Below are positions 15,878 to 24,453 of a stretch of 60,772 nt of DNA, in pieces. The position numbers were made by a program, and so were the translations under genes. The DNA is from Patescibacteria group bacterium (GTDB lineage: Bacteria; Patescibacteriota; Minisyncoccia; UBA6257; UBA9933): assembly GCA_030017615.1 (NCBI GenBank), contig JASEIG010000003.1:1-60772 (forward strand). The letters are read 5' to 3'. The notes under the pieces are model-generated. The model saw only the letters and a program-made list of their open reading frames with translations. It was not told the DNA's origin and did no database searches. How positions within the stretch are numbered: position 1 is the stretch's first letter; each line of letters starts with the position of its first letter.

Positions 15878-16705
15878 TCAACCCGCATTTAAAAGCGCGA
15901 TATCCAACAAAACCATATCGTAGTCAATTTTCCCGGATTTTACAAGCGCGTCATAATCCGCCAATCTTGTAATTTGCTCAAAAGTTAAAAATTTTCCGCC
16001 TGCCATAATGTTAAAAATTTTTGCCGGTTCTTCGCGGTTTAAAAAAATCAGTTCCAAATCGTGCAATTTTTGCGCTAAACGTCCGGTTTTAAAAACATTA
16101 TTTATAAATCTGAAAATTTCCGTCGGTTCGGAATAAAAAAATATCTTTTCCAAGTCTTCTGCGTCAAATTTTTTGTCATCTTCTTTAAGAAATTGTATTT
16201 TATCCAGCTCGTTTATAATCTCCCAACTGCCTTCTTTTAAAGTTCGCGCCATGAATTTAATCGCTTTTTGTGTTAATTCAATATTTCTGTTTTTCGCTTC
16301 TTTTGTAATAAAAAATTCTCGTTTCGCGCTGTCCATATTTTTAAACTTCTGCGAAACAACTGATTTTCCCAAAAGAAAAGAAAATTTTTTCACCGGAACA
16401 TTCTCGTCGGAAATTATCAAAATATCATCGCTTGACTTTAAAACACTTTTTATAAGATTTGTTAAATCATCTATTTCATTTTCACACGCCGCCGAAATAT
16501 TTTTTAAAACCATCAATTTTTTCTGTGAAAACATAAACACCTGTGTAAACAATTCTTTCAGGCCGAAAAAATCATCCGGATTTTCCAAATCAAAAAATTT
16601 TTCCGAAAAAGCGGAATTTTTTTTCTGATACTCTAAAATAAGCTCCCGAAGCTTTTTTTGCCTCCTATAAGAATCAGCCCCGTAGAGAAAAATTACCATA
16701 TCCAT
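15878..16705 (-). CDS. holA: DNA polymerase III delta subunit-like
   Basis: N-terminal IFLYGADSYRRQKKL pattern and a length typical of short holA-like proteins. Assigned by overall pattern only. Confidence 0.5.
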   Translation of the reverse strand: MDMVIFLYGADSYRRQKKLRELILEYQKKNSAFSEKFFDLENPDDFFGLKELFTQVFMFSQKKLMVLKNISAACENEIDDLTNLIKSVLKSSDDILIISDENVPVKKFSFLLGKSVVSQKFKNMDSAKREFFITKEAKNRNIELTQKAIKFMARTLKEGSWEIINELDKIQFLKEDDKKFDAEDLEKIFFYSEPTEIFRFINNVFKTGRLAQKLHDLELIFLNREEPAKIFNIMAGGKFLTFEQITRLADYDALVKSGKIDYDMVLLDIALLNAG

Positions 16706-16734
16706 TATAATATCATTGCCAACTGCGAAATACT

Positions 16735-17493
16735 ATGAAAAAAAAGATTATTAAATTTGACGCCATTACAATTTTCCCCGAGGCTTTTAGTTCTTATTTA
16801 AATGTTTCTATTATCAGAAGAGCTATCAAAAACAAGTTAGTTTCAGTAAAATTTCACAATCTCAGAAAATTTGCCAAAGACAAACGCAAAAAAGTGGATG
16901 ACAGACCCTATGGCGGAGGACCGGGGATGGTGCTTAAAACCGAGCCGATTGTGCGCGCGGTTTTAAAAGCAAAAAGCAGAAGTAAAAAAGAAAAAATTGT
17001 AGTCGTTTTATTTTCGCCTGAAGGCAAGCAATTTAATAACAATCTTTCCGCTAAACTTTCTAAATATGATCGGGTTATTATGATCTGCGGCCATTATGAA
17101 GGAGTGGATAGGCGAGTAGAGCTTGTGCTTAAAAATTTAAAGATTAAAATTGAAAAAATTTCTGTCGGTCCGTATGTTTTAACCGGCGGAGAATTGGCGG
17201 CTATGATTTTAATTGACTCCGTTTCCCGTAAAATTCCTGGAGTGCTTGGCAAAGAAGAATCTTTAGAAGAAAAAAGACATGGTATTGGGGTTGAGACTTA
17301 TACCAGACCCAGCACTTTAAAATATAAAGGCAAAAAATATTCTGTTCCCAAAGTTTTAATTTCCGGCAATCATAAAAAAATAGAGGAATGGCGTGCTAAG
17401 AATAAGAAACTGACAACTCACAACTCCGACGCAAGGTCGGAGCTCCAACAGAATTGTCGGAGCCAACAACCTGCAATCAAAAAACCTGCATAA
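16735..17493 (+). CDS. trmD: tRNA (guanine37-N1)-methyltransferase
   Basis: FDAITIFPE...DDRPYGGGPGMVL...CGHYEGVD...GGE. Confidence 0.9.
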   Translation: MKKKIIKFDAITIFPEAFSSYLNVSIIRRAIKNKLVSVKFHNLRKFAKDKRKKVDDRPYGGGPGMVLKTEPIVRAVLKAKSRSKKEKIVVVLFSPEGKQFNNNLSAKLSKYDRVIMICGHYEGVDRRVELVLKNLKIKIEKISVGPYVLTGGELAAMILIDSVSRKIPGVLGKEESLEEKRHGIGVETYTRPSTLKYKGKKYSVPKVLISGNHKKIEEWRAKNKKLTTHNSDARSELQQNCRSQQPAIKKPA

Positions 17494-17554
17494 ATAAAAG
17501 GTTTTTTGAACGACATCTTGCAATTTTTTGCCATATCTGATAATATCCATTGAA

Positions 17555-17821
17555 ATGTTAACTAAGAGGAAAAAACAGACTATTATTAATGACCATGGAG
17601 TCCACAAATCCGATACCGGCTCTACCGAGGTCCAAATCGCGCTTTTAACCAAACAAATCACCGAACTCACAGGCCATCTTAAAAAGCATGCCAAGGACAA
17701 TCATTCCAGAAGAGGTTTATTAAAAATGGTGGGGAAAAGAAAAAAACTGCTTGATTATTTATCTAAAACCAACGTAAAAAGCTACGAAAAACTGATTAAG
17801 AAACTCGGACTAAAAAAATAA
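17555..17821 (+). CDS. rpsO: 30S ribosomal protein S15
   Basis: [27 protein letters not shown]. The ATG at 17555 gives an 88-aa protein; the track ORF starts at an upstream TTG. Confidence 0.9.
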   Translation: MLTKRKKQTIINDHGVHKSDTGSTEVQIALLTKQITELTGHLKKHAKDNHSRRGLLKMVGKRKKLLDYLSKTNVKSYEKLIKKLGLKK

Positions 17822-17861
17822 CGCGATGTCAATATACGAATGCGTACTAATGATGCAAATA
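17820..17861. repeat. Left arm of a 42-bp inverted repeat enclosing the NYN gene
   Basis: aacgcgatgtcaatatacgaatgcgtactaatgatgcaaata is the reverse complement of 18525-18566 except at one position, which becomes a G-U pair in plus-strand RNA. Overlaps the rpsO stop codon. Confidence 0.85.
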
Positions 17862-17935
17862 GCAACGAATAAATCAATTCATATTTATTGGTATAATTCG
17901 TATAAATGTAAATTAGTATCGCAACAGCGTAAGTT

Positions 17936-18448
17936 ATGAGGCACAAAGACCAAAGAATAGGAATTTTTATAGACGTTCAAAATCTCTATCATTCCGCAAA
18001 AAATTTTTATCATGCAAAAATAAATTACCGTGAATTGGTAAAAGTTCTTATTGCTAATCGCCAACTTATCAGAGCATTAGGTTATGTCGTAAAAAGCGAA
18101 ACTTTAGGAAGCGAGGAAAAAGGAGAGCAATCTTTTTTTGGGGCCCTTGAAAAAGCGGGGATTGATTTAAGGATAAAAGACCTTCAAATTTTTCCGGGCG
18201 GAATGAAAAAAGCCGATTGGGATGTTGGAATGGCGGTTGACGCCATCAGAATGTCGGAATTTTTAGATGTTGTTATTCTTGTTACGGGAGACGGTGATTT
18301 TATGCCTCTTCTTGATTATTTGAAATGGGGGAAAGGCAGAATTGTTGAAGTCGCCGCTTTCGGAAGAAATACTTCCGCCAGACTTAAAGAATCCGCCGAT
18401 GTTTTTATAGATTTGGGAGAAATGCCAAGAATGTTGTTAAAAAAATAA
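17936..18448 (+). CDS. NYN-domain (LabA/DUF88-like, PIN-fold) putative ribonuclease
   Basis: IGIFIDVQNLYHSAK...DVGMAVDA...LVTGDGDF is the NYN acidic-residue pattern. Own extended -10 at TTGGTATAAT (17888-17897). Confidence 0.8.
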   Translation: MRHKDQRIGIFIDVQNLYHSAKNFYHAKINYRELVKVLIANRQLIRALGYVVKSETLGSEEKGEQSFFGALEKAGIDLRIKDLQIFPGGMKKADWDVGMAVDAIRMSEFLDVVILVTGDGDFMPLLDYLKWGKGRIVEVAAFGRNTSARLKESADVFIDLGEMPRMLLKK

Positions 18449-18524
18449 ATTATGCGATACTAAATATACTAATCCATACGAATTATGCTAATATATGCGA
18501 ATCAATTTTAATTTTATTCGCAGT

Positions 18525-18566
18525 TATTTGTATCATTAGTACGCATTCGTATATTGACATCGCGTT
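18525..18566. repeat. Right arm of the 42-bp inverted repeat enclosing the NYN gene
   Basis: tatttgtatcattagtacgcattcgtatattgacatcgcgtt. Ends 12 nt before the pnp ATG. Confidence 0.85.
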
Positions 18567-18578
18567 ATTTTGTCATTA

Positions 18579-20771
18579 ATGGATCTTAATAAAAAAGAGT
18601 TTCAAATAGAAATTGCGGGCAAACCGCTCACAATCACAGTCTCAAAATTAGCCGAACAGGCAAACGCCGCCGTTATCGCGCAATACGGAGACACCACCGT
18701 TTTAGCCACAACGGTAATGGGCGCGAAAGACAAAGAAAATATTGATTACCTTCCTCTGGTTGTTGACTATGAAGAAAGATTTTACGCCGCCGGGAAAATT
18801 ATCGGAAGCAGATTTATTCGCCGCGAAGGAAGGCCTTCTGAAGACGCGGTATTATCCGGCCGCCTTATAGACAGAACAATCAGACCTCTTTTTAACCATA
18901 GCATAAGAAGAGATATTCAGGTTGTCTTGACAGTTCTTTCTTACGACGAACAAAACGATCCGGATTTTGTGGCTCTTTTTGCCGCCTCAACGGCTTTAAT
19001 GATTTCCGACATTCCTTGGAATGGCCCCGTGTCCGGAATAAAAATGGCAAAAATGAAATCGGGTGAATTAATTTTAAATCCGGAAAACGAACAAATTATT
19101 GAAAAAGAAAAAATCGTTTTTGAAGCGTTCATTGGAGGGACCGAGAATAAAATAAACATGATTGAACTTTCCGGTTATGAAGCCCAAGAAAATGAAGTGG
19201 TTGAATCTTTTGCAACGGCGCATTCGGAAATTAAAAAAATGACTGAATTCCAAAAAGAAATTGTGAAAGAAATCGGCAAACCGAAAGCCGAAGTGAAATT
19301 AAAAGAAATTAATCCGGAACTTAAGAAAAAAGCGGCTGAATTTATAAATGGAAAATTAGAACCTGCTGTTTATACTAAACATAAAACTGAACAGCATAAA
19401 AAAATTGAAGAACTTAAAACAACCCTTAAAGAATATTTGGTTGAATCTGGCGCGGAAGATGTCTTGTGGATTGAAAATTTTTTTGAAGAGGAAATTGACG
19501 CGATTATCCATAAAAATATTTTAGAAAAAGAATTAAGGCCGGACGGCAGAAAACTTGACGAGGTCAGATCCTTGCACGCGCAAATAGGATTATTTAAACG
19601 CTTACATGGTTCAAGTTTATTTATCAGAGGAGGCACACAAGCGTTGGTTGTAACCACATTGGCCGCTCCCGGAGCCGAACAGCTGGTTGAAACTATGGAA
19701 GCGTCTTCCAAGAGAAGATTTATGCTCCATTATAATTTCCCGCCTTACTCAACGGGAGAAATAGGCAGAATGGGCGCTCCCGGAAGGCGTGAAATCGGGC
19801 ACGGCGCTTTAGCTGAAAAAGCTATTAAAGCTGTACTCCCGTCGCAAGAAGAATTCCCCTACACCATCAGGGTTGTTTCCGAAATCCTTGCTTCAAACGG
19901 TTCTTCTTCAATGGCCACAACTTGCGCCTCTTCTCTTTCGCTTATGGACGCCGGCGTCCCGCTTAAAAAACATGTTGCCGGAATCGCGATGGGAATAATT
20001 ACCGACCAACAACCGACCCCGCTTTCTTCGGGGCAGGCAACCGACCCCGCTTTCTTTGTGGCAGGCAACCGACAACCAAAACATAAGGTATTGACCGATA
20101 TCCAGGGGCCGGAAGACCATTACGGCGATATGGATTGCAAAGTTGCCGGGACTGATAGCGGAATCAATGCCATACAAATGGACGTGAAAATAAACGGGAT
20201 TACTTCTGAAATACTTAAGGAAGTTTTAATTCAGGCTAAAAAAGCCAGATTGGAAATTCTTGATGTTATGAACTCGGTCATTTCCAAACCTAAAGAAAAA
20301 GTTTCCGAATACGCGCCTGTGGTTGCGGTTTTTGAAATAAACCCCGAACAAATCGGGGAGGTTATCGGACCCGGCGGGAAAATAATAAACGGAATTATTA
20401 AAGATACGGGAGTTTTTTCAATTGACATAGAACAAAATGGAAAGATATTTATTGCTGGCTCCGATAGCGAAAAAGTCGGCAAAGCGTCCTCTTTTATCCA
20501 ATCTCTTACGAAAGAATTTAAAATAGGCGATATAGTTGAAGGAGAAGTTGTAAGAATTTTGGAATTCGGAGCGATAGTTGATATTGGCGGCGGAAAAGAC
20601 GGAATGATTCATGTTTCCGAACTAAAAAACGGATTTGTAAAAAAAGTTGAAGATGTCGTGAAAATTGGAGATTTTGTCAGGGCAAAAGTGATAAAAACAG
20701 ACAATGGAAAATTGGGGCTTTCAATAAAAGCGCTCTCCATTCCGGAAGAGGAAGAAAGTAACCGCGGATAA
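18579..20771 (+). CDS. pnp: Polyribonucleotide nucleotidyltransferase (PNPase)
   Basis: Two RNase PH domains, GDMDCKVAGT, C-terminal KH (GPGGKIINGI) and S1 (GDIVEGEVVRILEFGA). ATG at 18579 preferred over the TTG at 18570. Confidence 0.9.
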   Translation: MDLNKKEFQIEIAGKPLTITVSKLAEQANAAVIAQYGDTTVLATTVMGAKDKENIDYLPLVVDYEERFYAAGKIIGSRFIRREGRPSEDAVLSGRLIDRTIRPLFNHSIRRDIQVVLTVLSYDEQNDPDFVALFAASTALMISDIPWNGPVSGIKMAKMKSGELILNPENEQIIEKEKIVFEAFIGGTENKINMIELSGYEAQENEVVESFATAHSEIKKMTEFQKEIVKEIGKPKAEVKLKEINPELKKKAAEFINGKLEPAVYTKHKTEQHKKIEELKTTLKEYLVESGAEDVLWIENFFEEEIDAIIHKNILEKELRPDGRKLDEVRSLHAQIGLFKRLHGSSLFIRGGTQALVVTTLAAPGAEQLVETMEASSKRRFMLHYNFPPYSTGEIGRMGAPGRREIGHGALAEKAIKAVLPSQEEFPYTIRVVSEILASNGSSSMATTCASSLSLMDAGVPLKKHVAGIAMGIITDQQPTPLSSGQATDPAFFVAGNRQPKHKVLTDIQGPEDHYGDMDCKVAGTDSGINAIQMDVKINGITSEILKEVLIQAKKARLEILDVMNSVISKPKEKVSEYAPVVAVFEINPEQIGEVIGPGGKIINGIIKDTGVFSIDIEQNGKIFIAGSDSEKVGKASSFIQSLTKEFKIGDIVEGEVVRILEFGAIVDIGGGKDGMIHVSELKNGFVKKVEDVVKIGDFVRAKVIKTDNGKLGLSIKALSIPEEEESNRG
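20010..20077 (+). repeat. 28-bp direct tandem repeat (about 2.4 copies) inside pnp
   Basis: caaccgaccccgctttcttcggggcagg / caaccgaccccgctttctttgtggcagg / caaccgacaacc. The unit length is not a multiple of 3, so copies are read in different frames (QPTPLSSGQATDPAFFVAGNRQP). Confidence 0.85.
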
Positions 20772-20924
20772 CGTGAATTAAAATTAATTTGGTTAAATTT
20801 ATCTTCTGATTTCCATATCTTTGTCATTTTATATCACCTCTCTTTTGTTTAATTTACCACAAACACAAGCCCATAAGAGTTAGTTTGTAAAGAAAAAAAC
20901 AAAAACCCCTTTTAGGGATTTTTA

Positions 20925-21176
20925 TTACTTTACTATCTTGCTTAACTTTGACTTTAGGCGGCTCGCCTTATTCTTTTTAATCAGTTTTATTTTGGCTGAT
21001 TTATCAAGTTTTTTATAAACCTGCGAAAGGTATTTTTTAGCCTCTTCTTTATTTGAAACAACTAATTTTTTATAATGTTTTATCGCTCCTTTTAGCTCGG
21101 TTTTTTTCTTTACATTTATTGCTCGCCTTTTAATGCTTTGTCTGAGAGCTTTTTTAGCCGATTTAATTTTTGGCAT
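20925..21176 (-). CDS. rpsT: 30S ribosomal protein S20
   Basis: MPKIKSAKKALRQSIKRRAINVKKK. Confidence 0.9.
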   Translation of the reverse strand: MPKIKSAKKALRQSIKRRAINVKKKTELKGAIKHYKKLVVSNKEEAKKYLSQVYKKLDKSAKIKLIKKNKASRLKSKLSKIVK

Positions 21177-21318
21177 TTTATTTAAAAATCAAAACTTATT
21201 ATAACTTAATATTAATATATTGTATCTGAAAGATTGTGAAAGTCAAATTTTTCCCGCGTCTATAATTGTCCTTCTCTCCAAATTTCTCTATAATGTTCCT
21301 AACTAACTACTATCCCCA

Positions 21319-21888
21319 ATGATTTATTTTCTTTTCGGAAAACTTATTCTCAAAAAACCGCAATTTGCGGTTATTGACGTTAACGGTGTTGGTTATAAGG
21401 TTTTTATCCCGTCCAATATTGAACGAAAAATAAAAATTGGAGCAAAAATCAATCTGTTTTGTTCTTATCATATCCGTCAAGAAATGCCGGAAATCTACGG
21501 ATTTTTAAGCGAAAAGGAACTGGATATTTTTGAACTGCTTAATTCTATTAACGGCATTGGTCCGAAATCTGCTTTGAAAATCGTCAGCAATATTAAAATG
21601 GAAAAATTGACGGCCGCGATAAATAAAAATCGCGCCGATGTTTTGGCCGAAAACTGGGGTATCGGGAAGAAAAAAGCCGAAAAAATAATTTTTGAGCTTA
21701 AGGATAAAATCAAAAATAATTTATCGGAAGAAGAAATCGCCTTGCATGATTTGGATAAAGACATAAAATCGGCTTTGAAAAATTTAGGCTACAAACAAAG
21801 CGAAATCAACGAAGCGCTGAAAGAAATTCCGGTTAAATTGAAAAAAACCGAAGAAAGAATAAAATTTGCCATTAAAAGAATGAAATAA
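21319..21888 (+). CDS. ruvA: Holliday junction branch migration complex subunit RuvA
   Basis: MIYFLFGKL....AVIDVNGVGYKVFIP, then HhH region INGIGPKSALKI. Confidence 0.85.
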   Translation: MIYFLFGKLILKKPQFAVIDVNGVGYKVFIPSNIERKIKIGAKINLFCSYHIRQEMPEIYGFLSEKELDIFELLNSINGIGPKSALKIVSNIKMEKLTAAINKNRADVLAENWGIGKKKAEKIIFELKDKIKNNLSEEEIALHDLDKDIKSALKNLGYKQSEINEALKEIPVKLKKTEERIKFAIKRMK

Positions 21889-21911
21889 AATTATTAAATT
21901 CTAAATTCCGG

Positions 21912-23246
21912 ATGAAAAAAATACTTAGATTTTTTGAAAAATTTATTCCAAAACCGCTTTATCAAATCGGCCAGCCGATTTATCACTATATCTTGGCGTT
22001 CGCCGCCGTCTTATTTTACGGATTTCCCTCGCGGAAAATGACCGTTATCGGTGTAACCGGAACGAAAGGAAAAACCACTACCTGCAATTTAATCACGCAC
22101 ATTTTAAATTCCGCCGGATTTAAAACCGGAATGAGCACAACGGTTAATTTCAGAATTGGCGACAAAGAATGGAAAAACAATTTAAAACAAACAATGCCCG
22201 GCAGATTTCAACTGCAAAGTCTTTTATCAAAAATGGCAAAAGAAAAATGCCGATACGCGGTTATTGAAACATCCTCCGAAGGGATAGCGCAGTTTCGTCA
22301 CAGATTTATTGATTACGATATAGGAGTTTTTATTAATCTTACCCCCGAACATCTTGAAAGGCACAAAGGATTTGAAAATTACAGAAACGCCAAAGTAAGT
22401 CTTTTTAAACAAATTGCCGGAAAGAAACACGGCGTGGGAATTTATAATCTTGACGACGAAAATATTTCTTATTTTCTAAAACCGGCAGTCAAAAAAAAAT
22501 ATGGCTATACGATTGAATCAAAAGAAAATCTCGTTTCTGCGGTTTTAAAAGCCGATGAAATAGAGCTTGAATCAAATAAAACAAAATTTAAAATTGGCGA
22601 TGTGCAATACGAAACTTTGCTTATCGGAAAATTTAATATTATGAATTCTTTAGCCGCGATTACCGCCGCTGTTTCACAGGGAATTCCCGCCGATAAAATT
22701 AAATCGTCTCTCGCTTCTTTTAAGCCCGTTTCGGGCAGAATGGAAATTATCAACGAAGGACAAAATTTTTCGGTTATTGTTGATTACGCTCATGAACCGG
22801 CCAGTTTGGAAGCGGTTTATAGCGCAATTCAGGAAACTAATCTAAAAAGGAAAGACGCGAAAATGATTTGTCTGCTCGGAGCCGCCGGAGGTGGACGCGA
22901 CAGATGGAAAAGACCGGTTATGGGAGAGATTGCCGGGAAATATTGCAACGAAATCATTTTAACTAACGAGGACCCATACGACGAAAATCCGTTTGAAATA
23001 ATTTCTGATATTGAAAAAGGAATAACAAAAACATCTTTCTCTCCGAATAATTTTTATGAAATTATAAATAGAAGAGAAGCCATTGAAAAAGCCGTTTCTT
23101 TGGCTAAAAAAGGAGACGCTGTTGTGTTAACCGGCAAAGGAGGGGAAGTGTGGATGTGTGTGGAAGAAGGCAAGAAAATACCTTGGAACGAAAAAGAAAT
23201 TGCGGAAGAAATTATTGAAAACGCTTTAAAAAATTCTAAACATTAA
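21912..23246 (+). CDS. murE: Mur ligase family protein (MurE-like)
   Basis: P-loop VIGVTGTKGKTTT, Mur ligase middle and C-terminal domain pattern (DYAHEP, GAAGGGRD). Confidence 0.7.
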   Translation: MKKILRFFEKFIPKPLYQIGQPIYHYILAFAAVLFYGFPSRKMTVIGVTGTKGKTTTCNLITHILNSAGFKTGMSTTVNFRIGDKEWKNNLKQTMPGRFQLQSLLSKMAKEKCRYAVIETSSEGIAQFRHRFIDYDIGVFINLTPEHLERHKGFENYRNAKVSLFKQIAGKKHGVGIYNLDDENISYFLKPAVKKKYGYTIESKENLVSAVLKADEIELESNKTKFKIGDVQYETLLIGKFNIMNSLAAITAAVSQGIPADKIKSSLASFKPVSGRMEIINEGQNFSVIVDYAHEPASLEAVYSAIQETNLKRKDAKMICLLGAAGGGRDRWKRPVMGEIAGKYCNEIILTNEDPYDENPFEIISDIEKGITKTSFSPNNFYEIINRREAIEKAVSLAKKGDAVVLTGKGGEVWMCVEEGKKIPWNEKEIAEEIIENALKNSKH

Positions 23247-23261
23247 TTTTAATTATAAAAT

Positions 23262-23442
23262 GAAGCTCACATGGGTGCTTGCCGTTGCGCAACCAATGCG
23301 GCGGAATGTGGCGTGTCGCCATAGGCTATACTGACGCCGCGCGAAATCCGCCAAAGCGCTCCTCTACTTCTCGAACTTCGGAGGGCCGCTATGCACAGAC
23401 ATTCACAGCTTTACAGTCATAATCTTCTGCGAAGGCGGATAG
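23262..23442 (+). repeat. GC-rich structured repeat element, copy A (full length)
   Basis: The 3' ~105 nt align with 44536-44640 and 49548-49653. Shared blocks: GCGAAATCCG, AAGCG, CCGCTAT, CATTCA, TCTTCTGCGAAGGCGGATA. Two helices show compensatory changes between copies. Confidence 0.7.
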
Positions 23443-23451
23443 AAAAAAAAT

Positions 23452-23488
23452 CAGCCCCAGACATTTTAAATATTGGTGTCTGGGGCTG
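23452..23488 (-). terminator. Rho-independent terminator for the small Zn-ribbon ORF
   Basis: cagccccagaca/tgtctggggctg 12-bp stem, followed on the minus strand by T8 (23443-23450). Confidence 0.7.
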
Positions 23489-23639
23489 TGAGTATTTTTC
23501 TTCCCTCAAATTCTTTTGCTGTGTAAGTGGAATTTGGAGAAAGTTTAAACGGATTTTTATCGCAGTTCGGGCATTTCCCGGAAATCTGCATTCCGCTTGG
23601 GAACACATACCCGCATCCGGGCTGAATACATATCGTCAT
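23466..23639 (-). CDS. Small zinc-ribbon protein (57 aa), below the ORF-track cutoff
   Basis: GGAGGTGG Shine-Dalgarno 4 nt before the ATG (23639). MTICIQPGCGYVFPSGMQISGKCPNCDKNPF... has CxxC-x13-CxxC. The terminator overlaps the stop codon. Confidence 0.55.
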   Translation of the reverse strand: MTICIQPGCGYVFPSGMQISGKCPNCDKNPFKLSPNSTYTAKEFEGRKILTAPDTNI

Positions 23640-23787
23640 AAAACCACCTCCTTATTTTACGGCAAATTAACTAAATATGCTTTTTTAATTATACTACTTT
23701 GATAAATTTTGTCAACCTCGCGCAAAAGCCGGTGTTTACCCGCTCTTTAGCCGCTTTATACTGAATACTTTATACTTTATACTATTC

Positions 23788-24372
23788 TTGATGACTGAAT
23801 ATTACACCGAAGCAATTGTTTTGAAAAAAGAAAACTTCAATGATACGGACGGACTGGTTTATTTTTACACCGATGAATTGGGAAAAGTCGTCGCCAAAGC
23901 CAGAGGATTAAAAAAAATACTTTCCAAATCCAACCCCCATCTTGAACCGCTTAATTTTGTGAAATTGAGACTTGTATCCGGGAAAAACGGCTATCTGCAA
24001 ATTATTGACGCGCTTTCTTTTAATACAAAAATTACCAAAAAAATTAAAAATTCTCCCGAAAAATTACTTAAACTTCTGCGTCTGGCGGATTTTATAAAAG
24101 AAACCGCGCCTGAAATGCATCGCGATCAATACATCTGGCATGCCATTAAAAAAGTTGTCGCCAATAATTACGACGAACACATAATTTATCGGCTGTTTTT
24201 AAAAATTATGGGATTTGACGCGGAATACGCCAATTGTATTATTTGTTATGGCAAAAATCCGCATTATTTTTTTAAGGAAGACCAGTCTTTTATTTGTAAA
24301 TCGTGTGCTTTTTCCGCGATGACTTCCGCGCTTGAAAATGGAGAATTGATTAAATTAGCAAAAGAAGCGTGA
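23788..24372 (+). CDS. recO: DNA repair protein RecO
   Basis: N-terminal OB pattern EAIVLKKENFNDTDGLVYFYTDELGKVVAKARG; C-terminal Zn motif CxxC...CxxC. Confidence 0.8.
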   Translation: MMTEYYTEAIVLKKENFNDTDGLVYFYTDELGKVVAKARGLKKILSKSNPHLEPLNFVKLRLVSGKNGYLQIIDALSFNTKITKKIKNSPEKLLKLLRLADFIKETAPEMHRDQYIWHAIKKVVANNYDEHIIYRLFLKIMGFDAEYANCIICYGKNPHYFFKEDQSFICKSCAFSAMTSALENGELIKLAKEA

Positions 24373-24453
24373 ATATTATTTCAAAAAATCCAAAAAAAAG
24401 TTAAAATTAAAAATACTTTATAAAAATTTATTATATTCAGCGATTAAAAAATT

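Noticed and set aside
20010-20077. Possible mini-CRISPR array (28-bp direct repeats)
   Set aside because: The repeats are directly adjacent with no spacers and lie inside the pnp reading frame. No cas genes are present in the window.
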